The notes: generated by a model not told the origin, from the letters alone. Positions 10,587 through 22,229 are shown, counted from the first letter of the stretch. The stretch: DNA of 56,513 nucleotides from Cyanophora paradoxa CCMP329 (GCA_004431415.1 QPMI01000331.1:1-56513); one strand, 5' to 3'. Translations and numbers: made by a program.

Positions 10587-12107
10587 ATGGAGGAGGTGGC
10601 CTCTGAAAACGTGGACAATAGTTTAGAGGACGAGGAACCTCAGGTAGAAATCGAGGAAATGGCAGAAGAAACTCTTGCTAGACAGAAGCTTGTTAATCTT
10701 TTAGAGAAAAAAGCCTCCAAATTTCAATTTTCTGGTGTGTGTCTTAACCCAGACGGGTTTTCTGGAGTTGATGACTTGAAAATAAAAATGGAAAATGTCA
10801 TTTTCAAGGGGGTACCCGGTCTCTCACAAGATGAAAAGTTTTCTGTTCTGCTAGCGGCTACAACGGGTGTTGCTCATGATTTTCTTTGTCAGCTTGACCA
10901 CCCAGAACCCTTGCCAGCAACTTTTTTTGATGATGTTGTTAATCAATTGAAAGCGCGATTCAATCCCAGTAAAGACGATGCTCGGGCGTATTTCTACAAT
11001 CTCAATCCATGGAAACCAGACCTCAGTTCAAACATCAATGGATTTATTGATACGTCCCTCAAGGTAGCCAGAGTTGCATTCCCAGGAGAGGTGGACAAAA
11101 ATCTGGCGGAGTATATTCTGAAGCTGGCATCATCGAAGCACTACAAATATTTTAACATGCTTGGAATCTCCTCTTTGAATGATTTCCGCACCAAATTAGA
11201 GCAGGCAGAGGCCCAGAGGTGTTACGATCCCCCTGATCCCAAATTGATTCAGTCTCTTTTTCGATCACAAGTGATGTCTCAAAATTCAGCAGCCACTGGA
11301 CAGTCTGGAAACAATCTAAATTTTCGGGTGACCGATCAGTCTGACAGATCGCGTCGCTATTGCACCCACTGCCATAAAACTGGACACACTGAACCGTATT
11401 GTCATGACAAATATCCGGAACAGAAACAAAAGATGTTTGCTAATTTGCGGCGAATGAATCCTCGCCCCAATCGAGTGCAGGTACTTATTAGGGGTGTGAA
11501 ATATGAAGGTAATGAGCTTGACGATGGATCTTATGCAGTAGATGTTCCTCTTGCACCTGTGGAAAATGCAAACAAGTCTGAGTACCTCATAGCTAAGCCA
11601 AAAAGGGTTTACCCAAGAGAGGTGTTGCTGGGGTACAGACAACAGGAACAGTGTCCAGCAGGCACTGTACCTGTGGCCATCAATGGAATTAAGACCAGAG
11701 CCATGCTTGACACAGGTGCAGACGTCTCCCTAGCAACTAAGAAAGTTACTGTCAAGGCTGGCTCAAACATATCTTCTGCTGGCCCATTGCTTTCTGGTTT
11801 TTCTAATGACACTATAAAGCCACTTGGAACAACAGTTGTGGATGTTAGCTTAGGGCCTCTTTCCACAAAAGAAAAGTTAGTGGTTCTCGAAGACATGTCA
11901 CATGATGTTATTCTTGGAAGAGACTATTGCATTAAACAAGAAATTGCATCCAAAGAATCTGATGTATTTCACTTTGCACTTTCAGGAGCAGGATGTATTG
12001 CACTTTCAGGATGTATCCATCCATTAAACAAGAAATTGCACTTTCAGGAGCAGGATGTATTATTTTTGACAACAAGAAATTGCATCCAAAGAATCTGTTT
12101 GGCATAA
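10587..12107 (+). CDS. gag: Gag-protease (real coding likely ends ~11930 at the scar)
   Basis: Zinc knuckle CTHCHKTGHTEPYC (CX2CX4HX4C); aspartic protease MLDTGAD and ILGRD; first ATG at 10587 in ORF 10485..12107. Confidence 0.9.
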   Translation: MEEVASENVDNSLEDEEPQVEIEEMAEETLARQKLVNLLEKKASKFQFSGVCLNPDGFSGVDDLKIKMENVIFKGVPGLSQDEKFSVLLAATTGVAHDFLCQLDHPEPLPATFFDDVVNQLKARFNPSKDDARAYFYNLNPWKPDLSSNINGFIDTSLKVARVAFPGEVDKNLAEYILKLASSKHYKYFNMLGISSLNDFRTKLEQAEAQRCYDPPDPKLIQSLFRSQVMSQNSAATGQSGNNLNFRVTDQSDRSRRYCTHCHKTGHTEPYCHDKYPEQKQKMFANLRRMNPRPNRVQVLIRGVKYEGNELDDGSYAVDVPLAPVENANKSEYLIAKPKRVYPREVLLGYRQQEQCPAGTVPVAINGIKTRAMLDTGADVSLATKKVTVKAGSNISSAGPLLSGFSNDTIKPLGTTVVDVSLGPLSTKEKLVVLEDMSHDVILGRDYCIKQEIASKESDVFHFALSGAGCIALSGCIHPLNKKLHFQEQDVLFLTTRNCIQRICLA

Positions 12108-15076
12108 ATGGCCAGACGGTGCCTGAAGGAAAAGATGTGTTTGCAATTGTTTTCAATGGTAGTGATAATGAGATGATGCTAAAGAAGGGTGATGTTCTGG
12201 CATCCTGGATCCAAGAAGCAAATTATGAAATTCTGTCACTCAATCTCCATAAAGGCAAAGAAAATGTAACATCAACAATTGATCCTTCTTTTGACAGAGC
12301 TTACTTTGATAGCATAGAGTCTCAACTAGATTTTGGTTTTTCTGGAGCAACTGTAGAACAGAAACAAATAATGAAAGAATTGTTTAGGAACAACTGTGAT
12401 ATTTTTGAGAACAAGTTCGTATTTTCTGAAGACAAGTGCTTGCCTGGAGAACACAGCATTGATACTGGTGATCATCCTCCTATCAAATCGAGGCCTTTAC
12501 ACCATTCTCCCAAGGACCGAGAATTGTTCAAAACGACTTTGGAAGACATGCTTGCTCGAAATTTAGCAGCACAGTCCCAGAGCTCTTGGTCTTCTCCAGC
12601 TTTCTTTGTCAGCAAGCATGATACGTCTGAAATGCGGCTCGTAGTTGATTACAGAAACCTGAATGCAGCAACCAAGAAAAATGTTTATCCATTGCCTAAT
12701 ATACAAGATATGTTGGACGCACTTCAGGGAAGTCGGTTCTTTTCGAATATGGATCTGGCCACTGGATTTTGGCAAGTTACGATGAAGCCATCTGACCGGG
12801 AGAAAACCGCCTTTAAAACCCCTTATGGCTTGTTTGAAATGAAGGTTATGCCCATGGGACTTACAAATGCTCCCCCCACATTTCAGGCCATCATGGAAAA
12901 TATTTTCAATGATTATCTCTGGATGTTTGTTCTCGTTTTCATTGATGATCTTATTACATATTCCAAGACTTTTGAAGAGCACTGCAGAGACTTGCAAAAT
13001 ACATTCAACAGGCTACGTGCCAACAACGCGAAGCTCAAGCCCAACAAGTGTCACTTCTTTAAAATGGAGCTCAAGTTTCTTGGTCACATTGTAGATAGAA
13101 ATGGCAGGCGCCCTGACCCTGCAAAACTGGAAGCAATTGAAAAAGTTCCGATTCCAGATAATGCTACTGAGCTGCGGTCATTTCTTGGTTCCTGTAACTA
13201 TTACAGAGATAATGTCGACAAGTTTTCTATTATAACTGCTCGTCTCTACGATTTAACACAGAAAGATGTTCCTTTTGTTTGGACAGAGGAGCATACCAGG
13301 GACTTCATCAATCTGAAGAAAGAATTGCTGAAGTCCATAATTCTCCACTATCCTGATTTCAACAAACCGTTTATTATTGAAACAGATGCCTGCGAGAAGG
13401 GTGCTTCTGGCATTCTCTCTCAGGAACAAGAAGGTGTTTTGAAGCCCGTTTGCTTTTACAGTCGCAAATGGAGAGGCTCCGAGAAACAGATGCCTCCTTC
13501 TGAAGGTGAATGTGCAGCACTTGTAGATTGTCTTACTCAGTGGAGCCACTATCTTCTAGGGGCACCAAAGTCAACAGTGTTTACAGATTGTGAAGCTTTG
13601 GAATGGTTGCTCAGCAGAAAACCTGGAAAGGGAAAACTTGCTCGATGGGCTGCATTGATTCAGCAATATGATATCACCATTAAACACAGGAAGGGTTCTT
13701 TGAACCGTGCTGATGGTTTTTCAAGAGTTCCAGTAGATCCATCTTCACATATTTATGCAGAAGATAAATACGAAATTCTGAACATTGCAATTTCCCTTTC
13801 TGACGACCGAGTGAAAGAACTGTCTAATGCACAGCGACAAGACAAGGACCTCATTGAATTGATTGAGTTGTTGGAAGGGAAGACAACCTCCAACGAAAAG
13901 CTCCAGCGCATGGCCAAGTTTTTCACCATGAACAGAAAAGGACTGCTTATGTTTTCGCCTTTGAGTGTTAATGCTCGCATTGTTATTCCATCATCTTTGC
14001 AGCGTGATCTCATCAAGGACGCTCATGATCATCCCCTTGCAGGTCATCGTGGAGCTGACAAGATTCTACACAACTTGAAGAAAAAGTACTTTTGGTCAAC
14101 TATGAATGATGACGTCAAGACATTTGTTCAGCAATGTCAAAAATGTCAATTTCGGAAACCTTTGACTGGTCGATCTCCTGCGCCTTCACAAACTGTACCA
14201 GCATCCCGGCCCTTTGAAGTTATTGAACTAGATTTTATTGGACCTTTGCCAACGACTTCTCGCGGCAATCGCTATGTTTGTACTGCCGTCTGTGTGTATT
14301 CTGGATATCCGGAAGCGAAGGCGTTTGCTTCTATGTCAGCGAAATCAGCAGCAGGTATGCTTTATGAGGAAATTGTTTGTAGACACGGAGTTCCTCGCAT
14401 GATCTACACTGATCGAGGCGGAGCATTTGCAAGCAATGTTACGAAGCGTCTCTGCAGCAAACTTGGCATCAAATCAGTACTCAACACAGGTTATCGGCCT
14501 ATGGCGACCGGAAAAGTTGAACGTTTGAACCAGTCTCTAAAGGACATTATTTATAACTACATTAATGAAGATGGCGACAACTGGGACAAGTTCATCAGTC
14601 CCGCATTGTTTGCCGTTCGAAGTCACGCGAACAAGACGACTGGAATGTCTCCATTCTTCATAGTTCATGGACGAGATCCAGAGTTTCCCTATGATTTATT
14701 GCTTTCGGAAGCGGAGGCTTCTCCGAACTACTTGCATCGAATGATTGGTGATTTGAATACTGCTCGTGCTGCGGTTGACAAGGTCTTCAACAAACGCTTG
14801 GACAGGATTGCCGAAGAAAATGCTAAGAACGATTGGACAGAGTTCAAGATTGACGACATGGTTCTTGTCCGTGATCTGGGATCATCTGGACTTCAACCTC
14901 GATTCAAAGGACCCTACGCAGTCCTAAAGCGGACTTCGGCGGTGAACTACCTTCTGTGGGATCCCGACAACCCCAAGTTTCCCTTCGTTACTCATGTGGA
15001 TCGGATGCGACCCTACGTGGCATCTCTCTCAACTGGAGAGGGGGTTGATAGGTCAGTGGTCGAGCCCGTAGGCTGA
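11993..15076 (+). CDS. pol: Pol: reverse transcriptase, RNase H, integrase (no chromodomain); stop lies inside the 3' LTR
   Basis: RT RLVVDYRNLN, MPMGLTNAP, FIDD; RH IETDAC; IN H-H-C-C, LDFIGP/TDRG/VERLN, GPY motif. Confidence 0.96.
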   Translation: MYCTFRMYPSIKQEIALSGAGCIIFDNKKLHPKNLFGINGQTVPEGKDVFAIVFNGSDNEMMLKKGDVLASWIQEANYEILSLNLHKGKENVTSTIDPSFDRAYFDSIESQLDFGFSGATVEQKQIMKELFRNNCDIFENKFVFSEDKCLPGEHSIDTGDHPPIKSRPLHHSPKDRELFKTTLEDMLARNLAAQSQSSWSSPAFFVSKHDTSEMRLVVDYRNLNAATKKNVYPLPNIQDMLDALQGSRFFSNMDLATGFWQVTMKPSDREKTAFKTPYGLFEMKVMPMGLTNAPPTFQAIMENIFNDYLWMFVLVFIDDLITYSKTFEEHCRDLQNTFNRLRANNAKLKPNKCHFFKMELKFLGHIVDRNGRRPDPAKLEAIEKVPIPDNATELRSFLGSCNYYRDNVDKFSIITARLYDLTQKDVPFVWTEEHTRDFINLKKELLKSIILHYPDFNKPFIIETDACEKGASGILSQEQEGVLKPVCFYSRKWRGSEKQMPPSEGECAALVDCLTQWSHYLLGAPKSTVFTDCEALEWLLSRKPGKGKLARWAALIQQYDITIKHRKGSLNRADGFSRVPVDPSSHIYAEDKYEILNIAISLSDDRVKELSNAQRQDKDLIELIELLEGKTTSNEKLQRMAKFFTMNRKGLLMFSPLSVNARIVIPSSLQRDLIKDAHDHPLAGHRGADKILHNLKKKYFWSTMNDDVKTFVQQCQKCQFRKPLTGRSPAPSQTVPASRPFEVIELDFIGPLPTTSRGNRYVCTAVCVYSGYPEAKAFASMSAKSAAGMLYEEIVCRHGVPRMIYTDRGGAFASNVTKRLCSKLGIKSVLNTGYRPMATGKVERLNQSLKDIIYNYINEDGDNWDKFISPALFAVRSHANKTTGMSPFFIVHGRDPEFPYDLLLSEAEASPNYLHRMIGDLNTARAAVDKVFNKRLDRIAEENAKNDWTEFKIDDMVLVRDLGSSGLQPRFKGPYAVLKRTSAVNYLLWDPDNPKFPFVTHVDRMRPYVASLSTGEGVDRSVVEPVG
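15035..15044 (+). promoter_or_regulatory. Polypurine tract
   Basis: GGAGAGGGGG one base before the 3' LTR. Confidence 0.9.
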
Positions 15077-15168
15077 TATCCCCCCTCGGGGGGGGGAACG
15101 GACCCAGTCTTGGTAGACTTGTTTTTTCTGTCTTGTGTCTTTTTGTTTTGTTTGCGGTGCTACCACCA
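15046..15168 (+). repeat. 3' LTR (123 bp)
   Basis: Identical to 5' LTR; followed by CCCCAAATCTCT (SatA resumes). Confidence 0.95.
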
Positions 15169-16620
15169 CCCCAAATCTCTCTGGGGGAATATGCCCAAGG
15201 CGCTAGCCTTAGGCAGATGCCCCACCCACCAGCAAGTCACTCAGTCAAAGGCCCCAGGTTTCCAATCTGCCAGAAAAAAGAAGAAACATGCACCCCAAAT
15301 CTCTCTGTGGGAATATGCCCAAGGCGCTAGCCTTAGGCAGATGACCCACCCACCAGCAAGTCACTCAGTCAAAGGCCCCAGGTTTCCAATCTGCCAGAAA
15401 ATAGAAGAAAGATGCACCCCAAATCTCTCTGGGGGAATATGCACAAGGTGCTAGCCTTAGGCAAATGACCCACCCACCAGCAAGTCACTCAGATGATGGA
15501 CCCAGGTTCAGGATCTGCCACAAAAAAGAAGAGAGATGCACCCCAAATCTCTCTGGGGGAATATGCACAAGTTGCTAGCCTTAGGCAGATGACCCAACCA
15601 AAAGCAAGTCATTCAGTCAAAGGCCCCAGGTTTTCAATCTGCCAGAAAAAAGAAGAAAGATGCACTTCAAATCTCTCTGGGGGAATATGCACAAGTTGCT
15701 AGCCTTGGGAAGATGACCCACCCACCAGCAAGTCGCCGAGTCGGAGGCCGCAGGTTTCTCATCTGCCACAAAATAGAAGAAAGATGCACCCCAAATCTCT
15801 CTGGGGGAATATGCACAAGGCGCTAGCCTTAGGCGGATGACCCACCCACCAGCAAGTCATTCAGTCAAAGGCCCCAGGTTTTCAATCTGCCAGAAAAAAG
15901 AAGAAAGATGCACTTCCAATCTCTCTGGGGGAATATGCACAAGTTGCTAGCCTTAGGCAGATGACCCACCCAAAAGCAAGTCACTCAGTCAAAGGCCCCA
16001 GGTTTTCAATCTGCCAGAAAAAAGAAGAAATATGCACCCCAAATCTCGCTGGGGGAATATGCACAAGGCGCTAGCCTTAGGCAGATGACCCACCCACCAG
16101 CAAGTCACTCAGTCAAAGGCCCCAGGTTTCCAATCTGCCAGAAAAAAGAAGAAAGATGCACCCCAAATCTCTCTGGGGGAATATGCACAAGGCGCTAGCC
16201 TTAGGCAGATGACCCACCCACCAGCAAGTCACTCAGTCAAAGGCCCCAGGTTTCCAATCTGCCAGAAAAAAGAAGAAACATGCACCCCAAATCTCTCTGT
16301 GGGAATATGCCCAAGGCGCTAGCCTTAGGAAGATGACCCACCTAAAAGCAAGTCACTCAGTCGAAGGCCCCAGGTTCAGGATCTGTGACAAAATCAAAGA
16401 GAGATGCACCCCAAATCTCTCTGGGGGAATATGCCCAAGGTGCTAGCCTTAGGCAGATGCCCCACCCACCAGCAAGTCACTCAGTCAAAGGCCCCAGGTT
16501 TTCAATCTGCCAGAAAAAAGAAGAAACATGCACCCCAAATCTCTCTGGGGGAATATGCCCAAGGTGCTAGCCTTAGGAAGATGACCCACCCACCAGCAAG
16601 TCACTCAGTCGAAGGCCCCA
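15169..16620 (+). repeat. Satellite A array (continuation)
   Basis: Same 124-bp monomer. Confidence 0.97.
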
Positions 16621-16624
16621 CCTA

Positions 16625-17012
16625 GGTCCCCCTGATGTACCCTAGACTAGCCTGATGTACGGGGGCTTGCCCCGGAGTTGGTGTGTTGGGTGGAAATACA
16701 GTGTGGTGTCCAGGAACTTGTCCTGGTACATCGGCGTGTGAACCCATAGTGTACTACGGGACACCGCTCTAAGGTACTCCCTGCTATTAAAGTACCCAAT
16801 GTGACTTCATAGATGGCCACTGGCGCGCAGCCTGCGATTAAGGTTTGGCCAAGTTCCTTTCATGGACTGTAGAAATGAGGTACATTCGGCCTTAGGCATT
16901 CCATGCTGCTGGGAGATTTGCCAAGTTCCACTTTGTTGAGACAAAGTATGCTGACCATGCTGAGGCCCAGAAGGTCTGCCAGCATCATCACCTAGTAGCA
17001 GCTAGTAGCAGA
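16625..17012. repeat. Dispersed non-coding repeat fragment
   Basis: 16628-16763 matches 45352-45489; a diverged inverted copy lies at ~31905-32005. Confidence 0.75.
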
Positions 17013-17015
17013 ATG

Positions 17016-17490
17016 CACCAGCAAGTCACTCAGTCGAGGGCTCCAGGTTTCCTATCCACCAGAAAATAGAAGAAAGATGCACCCCAAATCTCTCTGGGGG
17101 AATATGCACAAGGCTCTAGCCTTAGGCAGATGACCCACCCACCAGCAAGTCACTCAGTTGAAGGCCCCAGGGTTCTGATCCGCCACAAAATAGAAGAAAG
17201 ATGCACCCCAAATCTCTCTGGGGGAATATCCACAAGGCGCTAGCCTTAGGCAGAGGATCCACCTCCTCAAATCTCTCTGGGGGAATATGCAGTAGGCGCT
17301 AGCCTTAGGCAGATGACACAGGCACCAGCAAGTCACTCAGTCGAAGGCCCCAGATTTCCAATCTGCCACAAAATAGAAGAAAGATGCACCCCAAATCTCT
17401 CTGGGGAATATGCACAAGGCGTTAGCCTTTGGCAGGCACCGCATTTGTGTGGGTGGGGACCCCTGTGAGGTTTCAGGGGCCACTGGGGGA
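17016..17490 (+). repeat. Degenerate SatA monomers ending in a short SatC piece
   Basis: SatA units to ~17435, then GTGGGTGGGGACCCCTGTGAG (SatC) at ~17448. Confidence 0.85.
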
Positions 17491-17599
17491 ACAAGCCGCC
17501 CTTCCCAATAATTCTCAGAAAGGACATCCACAGGTCTCATCTCCAATGCGCATCATCACCCATGCAGGAGCAGGATTGCACCTCATTTGCAGGGCTCAC

Positions 17600-20237
17600 C
17601 ACACGTGAGTTTGGGCTTGTTGACACTAGGCAAGCTTATATATTTGGCCAACTCGAGAGCAGGAGTCTGTACTGAGATGTGGAGGTAGGGAGGTCCAAAG
17701 TTTGATAAAAAAGTCACTTGGTTAAATAGGAATGTCAAGGTTAATGCGTATCCATGAAATGAAAACTGATGGGTATGAAGTATCCATCCAGCGGGAATCT
17801 GACACAGCCTGACCAAAAAGTTGGAAAGTTCGAAAAAAGATTATTGTGATACCAGCATTCCCACCTTTTGAATGCTTTCCTTGAGCTCCTGCATGGACAT
17901 GTATGAGAGGTGTTCGTTGGGGTTCCAAATGTCCTGTGGGCAAAAGAAGGAGATGCCACAGGGTTTTTAAAGGTATGCGAGAGGGTTTCAGGAGGGAAGG
18001 AAATGCCACAGGAGCCTGGACAAGGACTTCAAACCTTGTAATTGAAGAATTTTGAGTGGACAAGGTGCGCTTGAGGCATGTCCATGACTAGTTCCCATGG
18101 CTGGTACTCGAACACACACTTGTTCACAATAAATGTTGAGTACACAATGCGGTGTAGCATCTGTAGAAGTCATTCAGATTTGCAAGCAAATAATGCTGCC
18201 AGGCACACTTGCTGTGCATAGAACCAATTGCTCCTATCCCGCGAGAAGTGAAAGATAGAGTGATCAAAGCCTGTTGTAGCCGCTGAACATCCATCTGCAG
18301 AGTGCACCCAAAGACGCGGCCTGTAGAAGGCCCGCACCTACTGGCAGTTAAGAAGTCATGCATTGGTCAAATGTTAGCAGGCATGCCCTCTGAAGGTAGT
18401 CGAGCCAATGGTCGTCACCAAGCTTGTAGAGGGCATTGCCATTTACATGAAAGTCCATCTGGGAGGACGGTTAAAGGGACACACAGGTTGGGTTGAAGGG
18501 GGAGTGCACATGGGCATAGTCGCCAGCACATTGGGAGACTGACCCCTTGACCCAAAAATCGTTTCTGTCGAAGGTCTCCTCGTAGATGGCATCCAGCCAG
18601 AAGCGCTTGATTGGTCGTACATCTGGCTCAAACAGAAAGAAGTACTTGTATGTGTGTGCCATCATTTGGTTCTGAAACAGGTGGTAAAACTGGAAACATG
18701 TTCCTGTTGCACGGATCAGAACCTACCACAGAGAGAAGTCTCAATCAGAGTGACATCCACCATCAGGGTGGCCATCCATGTCGTCACTGAGGTGCCCTGA
18801 GAGGAACTTGATTTCGCCAAAGCAGCGCCGGGACTAACACAAAGGTCCTATAAGTGGACAGAGAATACTGCAGTAATAGGAAGAACAAGCCTTTTGCAGT
18901 GCGTTGATGCCCTTCACAAGCTTCTGCACAAGATGGTGCATGGTGCTCGCCTCCAAGTCCTGTCTTATCGTGAGAGCCTGAAGAGAGGGTTATCATGTGA
19001 TTTTCTTGCCTTGTTAAAATAGTAAACAATGTCGACTAACTGCCCGTAGCCTTTAGTTACATCACAGGGGAAGAAGTGCTCCTCTTCGTAGGATTTCTGC
19101 ACCCAAAGCAGCAATTCAACCTGCTCAGGGATGAACGGCCTTACAAGTGCCAACTGCTTCTTTCTTCCTTCTGCTAAACGTGTATTCTCAGTACACATAT
19201 CAGTCTGTTGCAGCCCCTCGCAGCGCGCGACCATGAGCTGCTGGCATTTGTCGGTGCAGAACATGGTGTTGGAGCAATTTGCACACCTCTATGGAGGCGT
19301 AGATCTCCGGAGAGGGTTCTCCAGACGTGCTCTCAATTTCGAAGACAATTGAAGTCTGGGCATGCATGTCTGCGACATGCAAATACTTGGTCGCCGAACG
19401 CGATCCCACGCCTTCTGCCACCACGATCTTGATCCGTTCTGTTTCGTTGGCTGAGCAAACGCGCAGTATGATCAGGGACGTACCCATGCATCTGAAAGGT
19501 AAGTACTGGCTGCGTTCAAGTTGAACGACATGCCCGCCACTATGCGCCACTTGCAAGTGCTGCCCACATTCGAAATCGTTCCAGAGAGCCGATACCTGCC
19601 TGAAGAATGGGTGCAGCTACAAACAGGACATGAGTGCAGGTGTAAACGACAACCTTCCAGCAGTGTCAACGACATACAAGAAGGCAGCACGGCCGCCCTG
19701 CGAAAGGATGCCGGAACAGGATGAGCGTCGTGCGGAATAACGGAACAGGCCAGCCGCACGAGTGCAGAAACTTTCACTCCCGTCCCTGCGGGCGCCAAGT
19801 GGTCTGGTTTGTGATGTACTGAGCATGGCATTGGCGTTTTCCTGCTTGCAATGAGAGGAGAGCGCAACCGTTCTTTTTCAACCGTTTCGAGCGCACGTCT
19901 TTGGATCCTTACATTTGTCAGCTCCTCCTACCCAGTTCCCGTCAAGGCGCTCCGTGAGTAGCACATTCTTGACATGCTCTGGTGAGTTGATGCCCCAGTA
20001 CGAGGCCCAGCCAGCTGCGTATCGATTGATGGCGCTCTCGAAGTTCCGAACATTACTATAAACGAGTTTAAAAACTGCGTTTCGTTGTGTCTCGTTGTTG
20101 TTTTTGTTGTCGTTGTTTTTGTCGTCGCCGTCATCGTTGTTGTTGTCGTTTTCATTGTTGCTGTTGTTTCTAAAAACAAACAGGAAGACAACTGCTGCCA
20201 CAGCGATGCCTCGGCAGAAAGCTTGCAAGAAGCCCAT
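17600..20237 (-). CDS. Multi-exon host gene, type II membrane protein with glycosyltransferase-like domain (3' end approximate)
   Basis: ATG 20237, hydrophobic IAVAAVVFLFVF, N/D-rich stem; splicing a ~57-nt GT..AG intron joins RCFGEIKFLSGHLSDDMDGHPD to GTCFQFYHLFQNQMMAHTYKYFFLFEPDVRPIK...FWVKGS...HVNGNALY. Function and single-gene status are inferred. Confidence 0.5.
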
Positions 20238-20465
20238 TGCTCGTACTTTCGAGCAAGCCGTTCTCTTCTGTCTCTTAAACTGAGCGCAAGCGTAAGACCT
20301 TTGCAGGAAAGGTTTGCGGCCCCCTTGGGGCGGTTGCAGCCTCGAGCTCGAGCTACAGTGAGGGAGAGCATCAAGTTTTCCTGCCCCCTCGGGGCGGTGC
20401 GGCATCGGGTCGCAGGGGCTCCTGTTTGCAAGAAGCTAGCGCCATGTGCATATTCCCCCAGAGAG

Positions 20466-22229
20466 TTTATCGATGAGACCAAAAAGCTGCTTTCTCGCAA
20501 TCTTATTCGTCCCTCTCGCTCACCTTGGGCCGCTCGTGTGGTCCTTGTGCGCAAGAAGGATGGATCTCATCGATTTTGCATTGATTATCGCAAATTGAAT
20601 TCAGTTACTGCGGACGACGCTTATCCTCTGCCTAGAATTGATGATGCTCTCGAAGCTTTGACTGGAGCTATTTATATTACTGGTATGGATGCGCCTGATG
20701 GCTACTGGGGTGTTGAGATGGAGGAGGAGGACAAGGAGAAGACTGCTTTTCGGTCTCCCCTTGGACTTTTTGAGTGGAATGTTATGCCCCAAGGCCTGAA
20801 GATGGCCCCTGCCACTTTTCAGATGATGATGAACAGCGTTCTCGGCACTTATTTATGTGTATTCATTTTGGTATATTTGGATGATATATGTGTATTTTCG
20901 AAATCTCTGAAACAGCACTTGGCAGACCTTCAATGGGTCTTTGATGCTATGAGACGGGCAAACATCTTCTTTAAGCCCAAGAAATCGAAGTTTTTCAAGG
21001 CTGAATTGGAGTATCTTGGATTTGTAGTTACTAGACAGGGCATCAAGCCCTCTGCCACAAAGGTGGAGGCTGTTCGCAAGTTTGCGACCCCCAAATCTGT
21101 ATCAGAAGTTAGGACTCTTCTTGGAATGACTGGATATTATAGAATCTTTGTACCTTTATATGCAGTTCTTGCGGCGCCACTCCATGATCTTTGCGCCAAG
21201 AGTTCACATTTTCATTGGACTGCTCGAGAGGATCTGGCTTTTCGAAAATTAAAAGAGTTGCTTTGTTCTGCTCCCATTCTTTCGCTTCCTGATTTCTCTA
21301 AATCTTTCATTCTCAAAACTGATGCTTCTAAGACCGGAGTTGGTGCGGTCCTTTCTCAATTGGATGAATTTGGGAATAAAAAAGTTGTTTCCTTTGCCTC
21401 TCACAAATTCTCATCTCCTGAGAAGAAGTGGAATCGTGAAGTTGTTATCGAATATGCAGCTGAGTCCCTTTCTGATGAGCAGCAGAAGTGGACGGTCACG
21501 GAGCAAGAGTTGTATGCAATTTGGTGGGCTGTCACCAAGAAGTTCCCTCAGTATCTCCGTGGCAAGAAGTTCATTATCAAGTCTGATCACTCGGCTCTTC
21601 AATATTTGAAATCGGCTAAGAAGTTGCCCAGTGCTCTCATCACTCGCTGGATTATGGATATGCAGGAGTTTGACTTCGAGATCCAACACAAGCCTGGCAA
21701 GTCTAATGCCGATGCGGATGCTCTTTCTCGCCTTGTGCGAGTAGCAGTTCTTTCCTTGGAACGATGGAGTTTTCTTCTAATTTTTCGAGCGCTTTCTTGG
21801 ATGCAATTGAGTTGCAGTTGAGTTTGCCCCCGGCTCGAATTCGGGATGAGCAAATAAATGATGTTAATTTTGGCGGATATGATTAAGTATTTAGAATCAG
21901 ATATTACTATTGAACCACAAGGTGTCAACAAGGAGGCCGAACGCCAACTCAAGAGCGGCAAGTTTTCTGTGCAAGATGGCGTTCTCGTCCACACTCGGCC
22001 TTCGGACAAACTTGTGCGTATTTGCGTACCAGATCATCTTAAATCAACTATTCTGTCATCGGTACACCGCACGCTCGGACATCCTGGAGTCGGCAAAATG
22101 TACAATCATCTCAAGCGGCGGTACTACTGGCGGAGTATGTTTTCTGATGTCGCTGCATTTGTTTCGACATGTGCCGATTGTCAACGTGTCAAGAATTCCA
22201 AGACTGTACTTGACTTGTGTCAACCCTAA
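20466..22229 (+). mobile_element. pol: Gypsy (family 2) RT-RNase H-integrase N-terminal fragment, no LTRs
   Basis: RFCIDYRKLN, YLDD, KTDASKTG, NADADALSR; H-H-C-C zinc finger in ORF 21858..22229; frame-disrupted. Confidence 0.92.

Larger units (their letters stand above)
10396..15168 (+). mobile_element. Ty3/Gypsy LTR retrotransposon (family 1), full-length structure, inserted in SatA
   Basis: Identical TG...CA LTRs, CCCC TSD splitting the SatA motif GATGCACCCCAAATC, PBS, PPT, gag-PR-RT-RH-IN order. Confidence 0.97.

Noticed and set aside
11930-12107. Programmed gag-pol frameshift
   Set aside because: The frame change falls after the protease inside a scrambled duplication, and homologous fragments show sequence is deleted.
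16628-16665. Hammerhead ribozyme in repeats (CTGATG motifs)
   Set aside because: Reads CTGATGT, not CTGANGA, and no matching GAAA/stem arrangement; none seen in the satellite monomers either.
20085-20465. Hydrophobic N-terminal extension fused to RT (ORF 20085..21821)
   Set aside because: Antisense reading of the N/D-rich host gene plus a satellite remnant; a chance in-frame junction.
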